From NCBI GenBank assembly GCA_043727215.1, contig JAYSYY010000046.1, forward strand, positions 23,056-87,055: 64,000 nt of DNA, written 5' to 3'. Positions 19,916 through 29,137 of this stretch are shown here, in pieces. Numbering within the stretch: the first letter of the stretch is position 1; the number at the start of each line of letters is the position of its first letter. Under the pieces are notes generated by a model that was not told where the DNA came from, searched no databases, and saw only the letters and a list, made by a program, of their open reading frames with translations. The position numbers and the translations under genes were made by a program. This DNA is from Chitinophagaceae bacterium. Lineage in GTDB: Bacteria > Bacteroidota > Bacteroidia > Chitinophagales > Chitinophagaceae.

Positions 19916-20145
19916 GGTGGGGTTATTGAAAAAACCTGTGCAAATGTAAATCCATGCGTGCATTAACAAACATTATTCCAAAGAAAATTGACGGCCACTT
20001 ATTAATGCGCCTGTAAGCAAACGAAACTTCCCGCAATTGGCTGTTAAAGGATTGATAAAAGAAAAATCTTTTTTTACAGTTGTGTGGATTATTAATAGAG
20101 TGAGTTGTGTTATTTTTACCCGATAGAAACCAAACCAGCATACCA

Positions 20146-20553
20146 ATGAAAAAACTGTTGTCGACCCAATATTCAGGCGGTGCATTTAATACTGCGATGC
20201 TGGTATTGCGATTAGCCCTGGGTGGACTTATGATGAAACACGGATATGATAAGCTGATTCATTTTGCCGAATACAAACCCAAGTTCATGAATTTTATGGG
20301 TATGGGGCAGACAGCTTCTTTAGCACTCGTTGTATTTGCAGAATTTTTCTGCGCCTTGTTTATTATTATAGGGCTGTTCACCCGCCTGGCCGTTATACCA
20401 CTGATCATCGCTATGTGCGTGGCATTGTTCAAAGCCCATAATTCTGATTTCCTGGGCGAAGGTGAAATGGCAACGCTTTACCTGGCCGGGTATATTACAT
20501 TACTGATCGTTGGCCCCGGAAAAGTGAGTGTAGACGGGATGATCGGGAAATAG
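20146..20553 (+). CDS. DoxX family membrane protein
   Basis: LRLALG..M..HG..K, GLFTRLA, GPGKVSVD. Confidence 0.92.
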   Translation: MKKLLSTQYSGGAFNTAMLVLRLALGGLMMKHGYDKLIHFAEYKPKFMNFMGMGQTASLALVVFAEFFCALFIIIGLFTRLAVIPLIIAMCVALFKAHNSDFLGEGEMATLYLAGYITLLIVGPGKVSVDGMIGK

Positions 20554-20619
20554 TCCATGGTCCATTTTCCGTGGTTCATAGCAGTCTGTGCCATTGCAAT
20601 TTTATCGATTGCCGGCTTT

Positions 20620-20627
20620 TAACTTTG
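20620..20627 (+). promoter_or_regulatory. Putative -7 promoter element of the thioesterase gene
   Basis: TAACTTTG matches TAnnTTTG. Confidence 0.45.
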
Positions 20628-20629
20628 CA

Positions 20630-20703
20630 TATTGTCCATTGACCCATTGACTTATTGCTTATTGCCTATTGCCCATTGATATTGACCCTTGACTCATTGA
20701 CCA
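20630..20703. repeat. Degenerate 7-bp tandem repeat array (CATTGAC/TATTGCY)
   Basis: About 10 units: attgtcc attgacc cattgac ttattgc ttattgc ctattgc ccattga tattgac ccttgac tcattga. Confidence 0.75.
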
Positions 20704-20707
20704 CTTT

Positions 20708-21115
20708 ATGTACACCACCGAAACACAAATACGCATTCACTACGCCCTAACCGACCAGATGGGGGTGGTTTACCATGGTCACTATGCGCAGTTCTACGAG
20801 ATCGGCCGTGGAGAAGCCATTCGGGTGTTAGGATACACTTATAAAGACATCGAAGCCATGGGAATCATCATGCCCGTGGTGGACATTCACAGTAAATTTT
20901 TACGCCCGGCAAAATATGATGACCTTATAACTGTCAAGACAACGCTCCGTGAATTACCACTGCACCATAAGATCGTTTTTCATTCAGAAATTTACAATGA
21001 ACAGGATGAACTTTTAAATGTGGGGGATGTCACTCTTTATTTTATGGAGGCTGGCAGCATGAAGAGAACCAATCTTCCGGGTGAGTTGAGAGAGAAACTG
21101 GAGAAATATTTTTAA
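20708..21115 (+). CDS. Acyl-CoA thioesterase (4HBT/YbgC-FadM hot-dog family)
   Basis: TDQMGVVYHGHY, PAKYDD motifs. Confidence 0.92.
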   Translation: MYTTETQIRIHYALTDQMGVVYHGHYAQFYEIGRGEAIRVLGYTYKDIEAMGIIMPVVDIHSKFLRPAKYDDLITVKTTLRELPLHHKIVFHSEIYNEQDELLNVGDVTLYFMEAGSMKRTNLPGELREKLEKYF

Positions 21116-21120
21116 AGCAA

Positions 21121-21263
21121 AAACCCCTAAATCCCCTAAAGGGGACTTGCGAAGTTTGCAATGAGACATGCCCTGTAATTATTGTGAGAACTATAATCTA
21201 TGGTGATGACCAAACCATTTCTAAATTAAAATTCCAGGTTTCCCCTTTAGGAGGTCAGGGGGT
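21121..21263. repeat. Inverted pair of REP-like CCCCTAAAGGGG elements
   Basis: AAACCCCTAAATCCCCTAAAGGGGACTT (21121-21148) versus reverse complement of 21238-21263 (ACCCCCTGACCTCCTAAAGGGGAAAC), between convergent genes. Confidence 0.7.
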
Positions 21264-21698
21264 TTATACTCTATGATAATCCCCCTTCCAATGTTGTATC
21301 GCTTCCTTTATCTGGCGGGGCGTCATGTTTTCATCCACCGCTTTGTGAGCAAGATCAACAAACTCGTTATTAGATGCAAAACGCAGAGCAATGATTTGAC
21401 CCATCCGGAGTTTTGAGTCAAGTAGTTTTCCTGTAATAGCAAAGTACCGGAGATTTTCTTCGGCACGTATGGCCCGGTCCTGCGCACGCAGGGCAAAATA
21501 GCGGGCATACCAGCAAACCGACAAAACTGCAAGGCTTGCCAGGACGAATAAAACAGGCGTGAGTAATCCACCAAAACCCGTCACCCAGTTACGGTATAAT
21601 TTCACGAAGGAACCGATCAGCAGCAACGCGATCAGCAGGTAGGTGGCTGTATGAACAGGTACGATACGGGTATGATTTTTATAATTTTGTTCCTGCAT
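21264..21698 (-). CDS. DUF6526-like small membrane protein
   Basis: QNYKNH, two TMs, QDRAIRAEENLR, QIIALRFAS, W..D..RV. Confidence 0.8.
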   Translation of the reverse strand: MQEQNYKNHTRIVPVHTATYLLIALLLIGSFVKLYRNWVTGFGGLLTPVLFVLASLAVLSVCWYARYFALRAQDRAIRAEENLRYFAITGKLLDSKLRMGQIIALRFASNNEFVDLAHKAVDENMTPRQIKEAIQHWKGDYHRV

Positions 21699-21724
21699 AA
21701 AATCGATTTTGTGTGGGTGTTAAA

Positions 21725-23134
21725 TTACTTCAAAATATTGAGTACCTGCCACATTTTTTCTCTCACTGCAGCGGCGCTTCCATCAAAATTATTGATGATA
21801 AAAGCAAAGCTGTACCCAACACCCGTTTTCGATTGGATATATCCCGCGTATGATCTTACCCCTGTGATATAACCACTTTTCATTTTGATACCGTTCATTT
21901 CTGGAAGGGCATTATAAAAGAATTGGTACCAGGTCTTTTTTTTAGCATACTGCAAAACAGTTACGAGCGCATGCGTTGTGATCCTGTTGGCAGGCGAAAG
22001 CCCGCTACCATCCAGTATTTTCAGGGCAGATTTTTCTATCCCATGCAGGCTCCAGAAATCGCGGATGATCACCACCCCACTGTCTGTGGCGCCAAACCCC
22101 TTTTTTTCGAAAGCAATGGTTTTAAGAAACGCCTCTCCATAAAGATTCAGACTTTCCTTCATAAAAAAAATATTCATACTGTCCAGGGTGGGTGAAACGA
22201 AAGTCACTACATCCACTTTTTTCGGCGGTATAGCAGACCTGTTTTTGCCGGGTGTTTCCATGGAAAGATTGCGTCCTTCCACCATCACATTGCTTTTTTC
22301 CAGTTTCTCCCGTACTACCTGCAGGAACTGCTCTGCAGGATCGGGGAACGACCCTTTGATAGTGAAGGTCTCTTTCCCAAGGGGGACTGTGCCTCTCACC
22401 CTACCCTGGATACCGTGCTCCGGTAAATAGATAATGGCGTTGTCTCCGCTTCCTGCTGCACCCGTTTTTATTTCACTCAAAAGTGAAGTACTTTTCAATG
22501 ATGGTTTTGTTCCGATAATGTGAACAGAGTCGCCTACCTTCTTCCCAGGTTTCAAAATGAGATCGTATTGATTCTCCCGCCAGTTGAGTAATCCGGCCCG
22601 GGCTCCATAATAATTCCCAATATCCTCCCAGATCCAACCTCTTGGAGTTTGCTGCGTCTCCCAGCCGGCAGTGCCGGACAGAAAGTTTCCTTTGATGCGC
22701 TGAATATTTTTTTGTTTTAGACCTTCCACAATATTATTCAGTATTACCTCCTCCGTCGTAGTTTTCCATCGCCAGCTGCCCAGGGTCGGATCACCACTAC
22801 CGTAAAAATAAATATCCCCGGTCAGGGTATTACCGGACATCTCTCCTGCATATTCCATAGTGGTCTTATAGGTAAAATCTTTACCCAGCAATTCAAAAGC
22901 ACTCGCGCTCGTAATTACTTTTTGTGTACTTGCAGGTGCCATACCCAGTTGTGCGTTTTTATCAAAAATAACGGCCCCGGTCTTCGCATCCACCACGTAC
23001 AAGCTCAACAATGCGTGGGAAAGTTGTTGGTCGCTCTGCAACCTGTCCAACGCAACAGATAATCGCTGCGAAACCGTTTGGGCGAAAACCGGTTCGCTGA
23101 GCATCGCAAAAAATAGTAAAAAAGCTACCTTCAT
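21725..23134 (-). CDS. dacB: D-alanyl-D-alanine carboxypeptidase/endopeptidase PBP4 (peptidase S13)
   Basis: PASTQK (SxxK), SLN (SxN), DGSGLS, KSG motifs; GSGDPTL. Confidence 0.93.
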   Translation of the reverse strand: MKVAFLLFFAMLSEPVFAQTVSQRLSVALDRLQSDQQLSHALLSLYVVDAKTGAVIFDKNAQLGMAPASTQKVITSASAFELLGKDFTYKTTMEYAGEMSGNTLTGDIYFYGSGDPTLGSWRWKTTTEEVILNNIVEGLKQKNIQRIKGNFLSGTAGWETQQTPRGWIWEDIGNYYGARAGLLNWRENQYDLILKPGKKVGDSVHIIGTKPSLKSTSLLSEIKTGAAGSGDNAIIYLPEHGIQGRVRGTVPLGKETFTIKGSFPDPAEQFLQVVREKLEKSNVMVEGRNLSMETPGKNRSAIPPKKVDVVTFVSPTLDSMNIFFMKESLNLYGEAFLKTIAFEKKGFGATDSGVVIIRDFWSLHGIEKSALKILDGSGLSPANRITTHALVTVLQYAKKKTWYQFFYNALPEMNGIKMKSGYITGVRSYAGYIQSKTGVGYSFAFIINNFDGSAAAVREKMWQVLNILK

Positions 23135-23166
23135 TTTTATTGTTTATCCTCCAAAACTAAAAGAAT

Positions 23167-23174
23167 TAAATTTG
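23167..23174 (+). promoter_or_regulatory. Putative -7 promoter element for cinA
   Basis: TAAATTTG matches TAnnTTTG in the divergent intergenic region. Confidence 0.4.
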
Positions 23175-23281
23175 CCCGTGTTCAACAAACCATAAATAAC
23201 AGCCTCATAAACCATTTCTGCCAGCTGATGTTGATGTTGTGCACTTATGTATGGTTGAAGGTTAAATAAATAAACCCATTT

Positions 23282-24532
23282 ATGACAAATGTTTCTATAA
23301 TCACCATCGGGGATGAATTATTGATCGGCCAGGTGGTAGATACCAATAGCGCCTGGATGGCGCAGCAATTAAATAAAGCCGGCATCCGTGTAAAACGCAG
23401 GGTTGCTGTCGGAGATGTGTGGGATGAGATCTGGCAGGCACTGGACGAGGAAGCGGCACAGGCAGACGTGGTGCTGATTACAGGAGGACTTGGCCCCACC
23501 GCAGATGATATTACCAAACCCCTGCTATGCAAATATTTTGACGGAAAGCTCGTCACAGATGAAGCCGCCTTAAAAAATGTGGAATACCTTTTTGAAAAAG
23601 TATTCAAGAGGGAACTCACACAGAGAAATATTAAACAGGCAGAAGTTCCGGACGTCTGTACAGTTCTGCATAATAAAAGGGGAACCGCACCAGGAATGTT
23701 GTTTGACAAAAGCGGGACTTTTTTTGTGAGCATGCCCGGTGTACCATACGAGATGCAGGGCATGATGACAGATGATGTGATCCCCTTTCTGCGGGCAAAA
23801 TTCAGTATTAACCATATTGCCCACCGCACACTGCTTACTTTTGGTATTGGAGAATCTTCGCTGGCCGATCTTATCCAGGAGTTTGAAGAGGCCCTTCCCC
23901 CTGGGATCAAACTAGCCTACCTGCCGAATTATGGAATGGTACGATTAAGGTTAACGGCGAATGCAAGCGGCGGAGCGGAAATTGAAAAACTCGTAGAGGA
24001 AAAATTTGAACGGTTGCAGGCCCTGGTGAAACCCTATCTGGTAACCAATGAAGATGAGCCGATGGAAAAAGTACTTGGCAAACTCCTGCTTCAAAAAAAT
24101 AAAAAATTGTCTACTGCTGAGAGCTGCACAGGTGGCTACATTGCCCACTTGCTTACATCCATATCGGGGTCATCTGGTTTTTATGATGGCAGCGTGGTGA
24201 GTTATTCCAATAATGTAAAAAAAGATGTGTTGGCGGTAAAAGATGATACACTGAGAGCAGAAGGTGCGGTAAGCGAGGCCGTGGTACTGGAAATGGTACG
24301 CGGCGTATTGCAAACCATCAAGACAGATTATGCAATTGCTGTATCCGGGATCATGGGACCGGATGGAGGCTCTGAAGAGAAGCCGGTTGGCAGCGTATGG
24401 ATAGCTGTTGGAGACGCACAGAAACAGAAAGCAAAAAAATTTCATTTCAGGTTCAACCGCCAGCGAAATATCCAGTTAACTGCTTTGAATGCACTAAACA
24501 TGATGCGGGAATTTATTTTGGTTACCGCATGA
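23282..24532 (+). CDS. cinA: CinA-family protein (MocF-like pyrophosphatase plus NMN deamidase PncC)
   Basis: IGDELLIGQVVDTN, GGLGPTADD, AESCTGG, GSVVSYSN. Confidence 0.93.
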   Translation: MTNVSIITIGDELLIGQVVDTNSAWMAQQLNKAGIRVKRRVAVGDVWDEIWQALDEEAAQADVVLITGGLGPTADDITKPLLCKYFDGKLVTDEAALKNVEYLFEKVFKRELTQRNIKQAEVPDVCTVLHNKRGTAPGMLFDKSGTFFVSMPGVPYEMQGMMTDDVIPFLRAKFSINHIAHRTLLTFGIGESSLADLIQEFEEALPPGIKLAYLPNYGMVRLRLTANASGGAEIEKLVEEKFERLQALVKPYLVTNEDEPMEKVLGKLLLQKNKKLSTAESCTGGYIAHLLTSISGSSGFYDGSVVSYSNNVKKDVLAVKDDTLRAEGAVSEAVVLEMVRGVLQTIKTDYAIAVSGIMGPDGGSEEKPVGSVWIAVGDAQKQKAKKFHFRFNRQRNIQLTALNALNMMREFILVTA

Positions 24533-24601
24533 TCGCCAGCCATCCAGATAGCCGCACGAATTCTTCGGGTGAATTGTATATTTATCATTCTTAAGCATCT
24601 C

Positions 24602-25114
24602 ATGAATAATATTTCAATTATCGATTTTCTTCCGGCTCACCAGCCCTTCTTTGATGCTTTTAACCGGGAATGGATACAAGCAGATTTTGAAGTAGAGCCG
24701 GTGGACGAATATGTGTTGAGTAATCCCAAAGAAGCGATCCTCGATAAAGGGGGCGCAATACTGATGGCACTCTGTGATGGGGAACCTGCGGGAACTGTGG
24801 GCTTAAAAAAGATCAACGATGAACTTTTTGAATTCACCAAGATGGCGGTCGGCAGAAATTTCCGGCGCATGGGAATCGGGGAGGCATTGAGTTATGCCAG
24901 CTTTAACCGGGCTGCACAATTGGGTGCAAAAAATATCCTGCTTTACTCCAACACGCTGAACGCCGCCGCAATAAAATTGTACGAGAAGTTGGGTTTTCGC
25001 CACCTGCCTGTGGAACAGGACGTGTACAAAAGAGCGAACGTAAAAATGATCATCAGCGTGGAAGATGCATTGGATGCAGCGGATAAATACTACCGCCCTG
25101 AGCAAAAGGAATAA
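24602..25114 (+). CDS. GNAT family N-acetyltransferase
   Basis: KMAV...RRMGIG acetyl-CoA motif, AIKLYEKLGF. Confidence 0.88.
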   Translation: MNNISIIDFLPAHQPFFDAFNREWIQADFEVEPVDEYVLSNPKEAILDKGGAILMALCDGEPAGTVGLKKINDELFEFTKMAVGRNFRRMGIGEALSYASFNRAAQLGAKNILLYSNTLNAAAIKLYEKLGFRHLPVEQDVYKRANVKMIISVEDALDAADKYYRPEQKE

Positions 25115-25182
25115 CACAACCGGCCTGAATGCAGCCCTTCACGAGCAACCCTCTTCCAGGAGCGAATTATTTTCCGGGCCCA

Positions 25183-25569
25183 TTAGCAGGCTACCAACTG
25201 TTCGTGCAAGCGTTGCAGTGTGGTTGCAGGATCTTTGCATAGGCCGGGATGCACCGCAGAGGTTTGTACCACGGTGCTGCGTTTCGCCGTCAGCCACCGG
25301 AAGCGGGACGCAGGGTCTAATAATGCGATGGGCCCTGCTTCCGGCTTACCAAGGCTAATGGCTGCAAGGGCCTCAAGGTGCGAGCGGATCTCCCTGGTAT
25401 CAATGGCAGGGTCCAGTGCGAGTAGGCGATTTTCGGTAAGGGTAAACCTGGTTTGCAGGAACGCATGCTTTTTACAATACAGGATCACGCCTACATTAAT
25501 AAACTCCTCCCGCTCTACGCGGGGCACTATCCTTAAAACAGCATATTCAAATAAGTGATTCTCTTGCAT
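25183..25569 (-). CDS. DUF3037 domain protein
   Basis: YAVLRIVPRVEREEFINVGV, RFRWLTA.RSTVVQTS..H.GL. Confidence 0.9.
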   Translation of the reverse strand: MQENHLFEYAVLRIVPRVEREEFINVGVILYCKKHAFLQTRFTLTENRLLALDPAIDTREIRSHLEALAAISLGKPEAGPIALLDPASRFRWLTAKRSTVVQTSAVHPGLCKDPATTLQRLHEQLVAC

Positions 25570-26344
25570 GCAACGCTTCGTTTACAAAAATAGGAGATTG
25601 ATTGATCCTGTTCGTTAAAAAACGATAATAGACTTCCCGGTTGTGCTCAGCTGTGCCGGTGCTGCCATTATTATCCAGCCATTCCACCGGCACCAGCGAT
25701 AACACTTTACGGATCACTTCATGGGTGATCAGCCCGCGCATTTTTTCGTCGGACTCTTTTAGTTGGGTAGCCAGCGGAAGTAATACATGGTCTTTGATGA
25801 GCACAAACGGTTTTACAGATTGGTCCTCCCAGTCGTCCCACGTATGGTGAAAATAAAGGGAGGCCCCATGATCGATCAGCCATAGTTCCTTGTTCCAGGT
25901 AAGCATGTTGGTATTCCTTGCGGTCCGGTCCACATTCATAAGCAATGCATCCAGCCAGACGATGGCAGAAGCAAGTGCTGCAGAACAGGTATCCACCGCC
26001 GGGTCGTAACTGATGGCCCCAGTGAGATAGTGCACGCCCAGGTTCAACCCTTCGCTTGCACGCAGCAGGTCCTGTATCTCTTCATCGCCTTCGGTACGGC
26101 CAAAAGCCTCATCCAGTTCTGCGCGCACAAGTTCTGGAACCCTGAGCCCCGCTGCCCTGGCAAGTTCTGCCCCTATCACATCCGCAATAAGGGCTTTTAC
26201 ACCCTGGCCTGCACCCCGGAATTTCAACACATACAGAAAGCCGTCGTCGGCTTCAGCGATGGCGGGAAGGGAACCTCCTTCCCGCAGCGGGGTAACATAC
26301 CTGGTGACCTGGACTGATCTTAAATGCCTGTCGTGATTACTCAT
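25547..26344 (-). CDS. HipA-like Ser/Thr kinase
   Basis: LREGGSLP Gly loop, VLKFRG, NVDRT.RN.N catalytic loop, LIDHG; overlaps the DUF3037 gene by 23 bp. Confidence 0.88.
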   Translation of the reverse strand: MSNHDRHLRSVQVTRYVTPLREGGSLPAIAEADDGFLYVLKFRGAGQGVKALIADVIGAELARAAGLRVPELVRAELDEAFGRTEGDEEIQDLLRASEGLNLGVHYLTGAISYDPAVDTCSAALASAIVWLDALLMNVDRTARNTNMLTWNKELWLIDHGASLYFHHTWDDWEDQSVKPFVLIKDHVLLPLATQLKESDEKMRGLITHEVIRKVLSLVPVEWLDNNGSTGTAEHNREVYYRFLTNRINQSPIFVNEALHARESLI

Positions 26345-26536
26345 AACTTAACGATAAAGGTCTTTATCCCCCGCTGTTTAAAAAAGGGAAATTTGTGCGC
26401 AAAGTAAAACATTTTTGGCGTGACAATAAGGATCAGCAACAGGTTGGCGAAAAGGGAGGAGATTCAAAAAATCGCTGGAATGACTTTTGATGACATAGCC
26501 CTTGAACATTCATTATTCACCATTAATTCTAAAGCA

Positions 26537-27112
26537 ATGAACAACTTTGAAAATAAAAAAGTAGCCATTCTCACCGACCATGGATTTGAGGAAAGCGAAC
26601 TAACGAGCCCGATGCAGGCCCTGAAAGATGCCGGAGCTGAAGTGCACATTGTTTCCAAACAACAAGGTAAAGTGAAAGGCTGGAGCCATGATCATTGGTC
26701 AATTGAACTTCCGGTAGATGTACAACTGGAAAATGCCAACCCGGAAACTTATGATGCACTGGTTATTCCCGGGGGTGTCATCAACCCGGACCAGATGCGC
26801 CGGCATGTCGCCTATATAAAGTTTGCCGCACATTTCCTGGAAGCAGGAAAACCACTGGCAGCAATTTGCCATGCGCCCCAATTGCTTATTGAAACGGGGA
26901 TGATAAGCGGAAGGCAAATGACTTCTTTCGCTTCCATTAGAACGGATCTCGTAAATGCCGGCGTCATATGGGAAGACAAAGAAGTGGTAGTGGACAATGG
27001 GCTGGTTACCAGCCGCAGCCCGGAAGACTTGCCTGCTTTCAACAAAAAAATGCTGGAAGAAATCAAAGAGGGTAAACACCTGACAACAGGAGCATTTACC
27101 CAGGCGCAGTAA
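26537..27112 (+). CDS. PfpI/DJ-1 family (type 1 glutamine amidotransferase-like) protein
   Basis: GFEESEL, PGGVINPD, AICHAP nucleophile Cys, LVTSRSPEDL. Confidence 0.92.
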   Translation: MNNFENKKVAILTDHGFEESELTSPMQALKDAGAEVHIVSKQQGKVKGWSHDHWSIELPVDVQLENANPETYDALVIPGGVINPDQMRRHVAYIKFAAHFLEAGKPLAAICHAPQLLIETGMISGRQMTSFASIRTDLVNAGVIWEDKEVVVDNGLVTSRSPEDLPAFNKKMLEEIKEGKHLTTGAFTQAQ

Positions 27113-27116
27113 ACAG

Positions 27117-27151
27117 ACTAAAAGGCCGCACTAAAAATGCGGCCTTTTAGT
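27117..27151. terminator. Bidirectional terminator
   Basis: ACTAAAAGGCCGCA-ctaaaaa-TGCGGCCTTTTAGT between convergent genes. Confidence 0.85.
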
Positions 27152-27152
27152 T

Positions 27153-27446
27153 TTATTCGGTGTCTGCGTCGCTATACCCGTTATTCTCTTCATCTTCCTC
27201 GCCCAGCATTTCGTTTTCATCATCCAGTTCGGCTCCCGGAATATCAAGGTCCTCTCCTGTTTCACCGGTGCTCGCCACATTCAAAAGATCTCCATCTTCA
27301 TCCGTCTGATCCAGCGAGGATCGTTTCAGCAATTCCGCATCCGGAAGCATGCTCTCTTCAATACTTTCATCCAGCAGCGACCTCTCGGCCGGCGTAATAT
27401 CTGCATCCATGTCACCACCTGCTTGTGTTTTTTTGTCTGTGTTCAT
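27153..27446 (-). CDS. Small highly acidic hypothetical protein
   Basis: D/E-rich; DLDIPGAELDD...EDEENN.YS tail; ends at a terminator. Confidence 0.75.
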   Translation of the reverse strand: MNTDKKTQAGGDMDADITPAERSLLDESIEESMLPDAELLKRSSLDQTDEDGDLLNVASTGETGEDLDIPGAELDDENEMLGEEDEENNGYSDADTE

Positions 27447-27616
27447 TTTTAGTTGATTTGTGTTCACCGCTTAAAATACAAATGATATGCCGCACCGCTT
27501 TTGCAGTTCTGCTCAGTGGTTCAACCTGTCTCGTTTCACCTGTGCGGTGTGCAGCGAAACAGGTGGGTAATAATTTCAACGTTATCGGCTCGCCGGCACC
27601 CCAAATAATTAAAAAC

Positions 27617-27624
27617 TACCTTTG
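27617..27624 (+). promoter_or_regulatory. Putative -7 promoter element for the DEAD-box helicase
   Basis: TACCTTTG 16 nt upstream of the ATG. Confidence 0.5.
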
Positions 27625-27640
27625 TTGATATTTTTATACC

Positions 27641-28969
27641 ATGACTTTTGAAGATTTAAACTTGAACAGGCCATTAATTACCGCATTGGATGAACTTGGG
27701 TATACCAATCCAACAGTCATCCAGCAAAGGGTTTTTTCCGTGGTGATGAGTGGAAGGGACGTTTGCGGTATTGCACAGACAGGCACGGGTAAGACTTTTG
27801 CCTACCTGCTGCCCTGCCTCAGGTTATGGAAGTTCAGCAAGGATAAATCCCCCCAGATCCTGATCCTGGTTCCTACGAGAGAACTGGTAACCCAGGTGGT
27901 GGAAGCGATCAATCAATTAACGGCCTATATGAGCCTGGAAGCAGTGGGCGTTTATGGGGGTGTAAATATCAACACGCAAAAATTACTGGTAGAACAAAAA
28001 GTGGACGTGCTTGTGGCAACACCAGGCCGTTTATACGACCTGGCTATGAATGGCGCTTTTAAAACCAAAATGATCAAAAAGCTGGTGATAGATGAAGTGG
28101 ATGAAATGCTTAACCTTGGATTCAGGACACAACTTAAAAACATCCTGGACCTGCTGCCCGAAAAAAGGCAAAACCTTTTATTCTCTGCGACCATCACGCC
28201 GGATGTTGAAGCATTGATAGCCACCTATTTTAACGACCCCGAGAGAGTAGAAGCTGCTCCCACCGGCACTCCCCTGGAAAATATTGAACAGTCACGATAT
28301 GACGTGCCGAACTTTTATACGAAGGTGAACCTGCTTCACTTACTGCTTACCCAGGATGAAAGTATGACCAAAGTACTGGTTTTTGTAGCTACAAAAGTAT
28401 TAGCAGATCAACTTTATGAACAGCTTGAGGCAAAATTCCCCGGAACTGCCGGCGTTATCCATAGCAATAAAGAACAGAACCACCGTTTTAATACCGTTAA
28501 ACAATTCAGAGACGGCACCTACCGGTTTATCATCGCTACAGACATCGTTGCACGTGGCATAGATATCAGCGAGGTAACACACGTGATCAATTTTGATGTG
28601 CCCCCCGTTCCGGAAAATTATATTCATCGGATAGGTCGCACCGGCAGGGCAGACAGGCAGGGGATAGCAATCAGTTTTGTCACTGAAAAAGAAAGGTCGT
28701 TGCTAACGCTCATTGAAGACCTTATGCATTTCAGGGTACCAGTGAAATCTTTGCCCGCAGACCTGGTTATTTCCAATGAGCTTACGGAAGATGAGCAACC
28801 CAAGGTTTATATGAAAACCATACAGCTCAAACTTCCCAAAAAAGAAGAATCCGGCCCATCCTTTCATGAAAAGTCTGCGAAGAACAGTAAGGTTAATTTC
28901 GTCGTGAGAAAAAAAGACCGCATGATGAAAAAATATGGTAAGCCTATCAAGCGGGCGCCGAAGAAGTGA
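27641..28969 (+). CDS. DEAD-box RNA helicase
   Basis: AQTGTGKT, PTREL, TPGRL, DEVD, SAT, ARGID, HRIGRTGR. Confidence 0.96.
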   Translation: MTFEDLNLNRPLITALDELGYTNPTVIQQRVFSVVMSGRDVCGIAQTGTGKTFAYLLPCLRLWKFSKDKSPQILILVPTRELVTQVVEAINQLTAYMSLEAVGVYGGVNINTQKLLVEQKVDVLVATPGRLYDLAMNGAFKTKMIKKLVIDEVDEMLNLGFRTQLKNILDLLPEKRQNLLFSATITPDVEALIATYFNDPERVEAAPTGTPLENIEQSRYDVPNFYTKVNLLHLLLTQDESMTKVLVFVATKVLADQLYEQLEAKFPGTAGVIHSNKEQNHRFNTVKQFRDGTYRFIIATDIVARGIDISEVTHVINFDVPPVPENYIHRIGRTGRADRQGIAISFVTEKERSLLTLIEDLMHFRVPVKSLPADLVISNELTEDEQPKVYMKTIQLKLPKKEESGPSFHEKSAKNSKVNFVVRKKDRMMKKYGKPIKRAPKK

Positions 28970-28977
28970 GTTTTTTT

Positions 28978-29137
28978 GAGTTAAGAGTTAAGAGTTGAGA
29001 GTTAAGAGTTGCGGGAGACGGGTTGCGGGTTACGAACTTCATAATTCGCCGGTGACTCATTGACCTTTTGACCCATTGACCCATTGACCCATTCACCTAT
29101 TCACCTATTCACCCTATTCACCTATTCACCTATTCGC
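28978..29137. repeat. Two short tandem arrays between convergent genes: (GAGTTAA)n 7-mers and (CCATTGAC/CTATTCAC)n 8-mers
   Basis: 28978-29033 about 8 heptamers; 29057-29137 about 10 octamers overlapping the DUF2891 stop codon. Confidence 0.8.

Noticed and set aside
23245-23910. Long antisense ORFs (also 9339..9905, 10398..10943, 40986..41621, 51189..51779)
   Set aside because: Fully opposite well-supported genes (cinA, DUF4197, saccharopine dehydrogenase, HTCS, APC permease); typical codon-bias shadows.
28978-29137. Short repeats as a CRISPR array or phase-variation tract
   Set aside because: Units are 7-8 bp with no spacers and lie between convergent gene ends, not in a promoter or reading frame.
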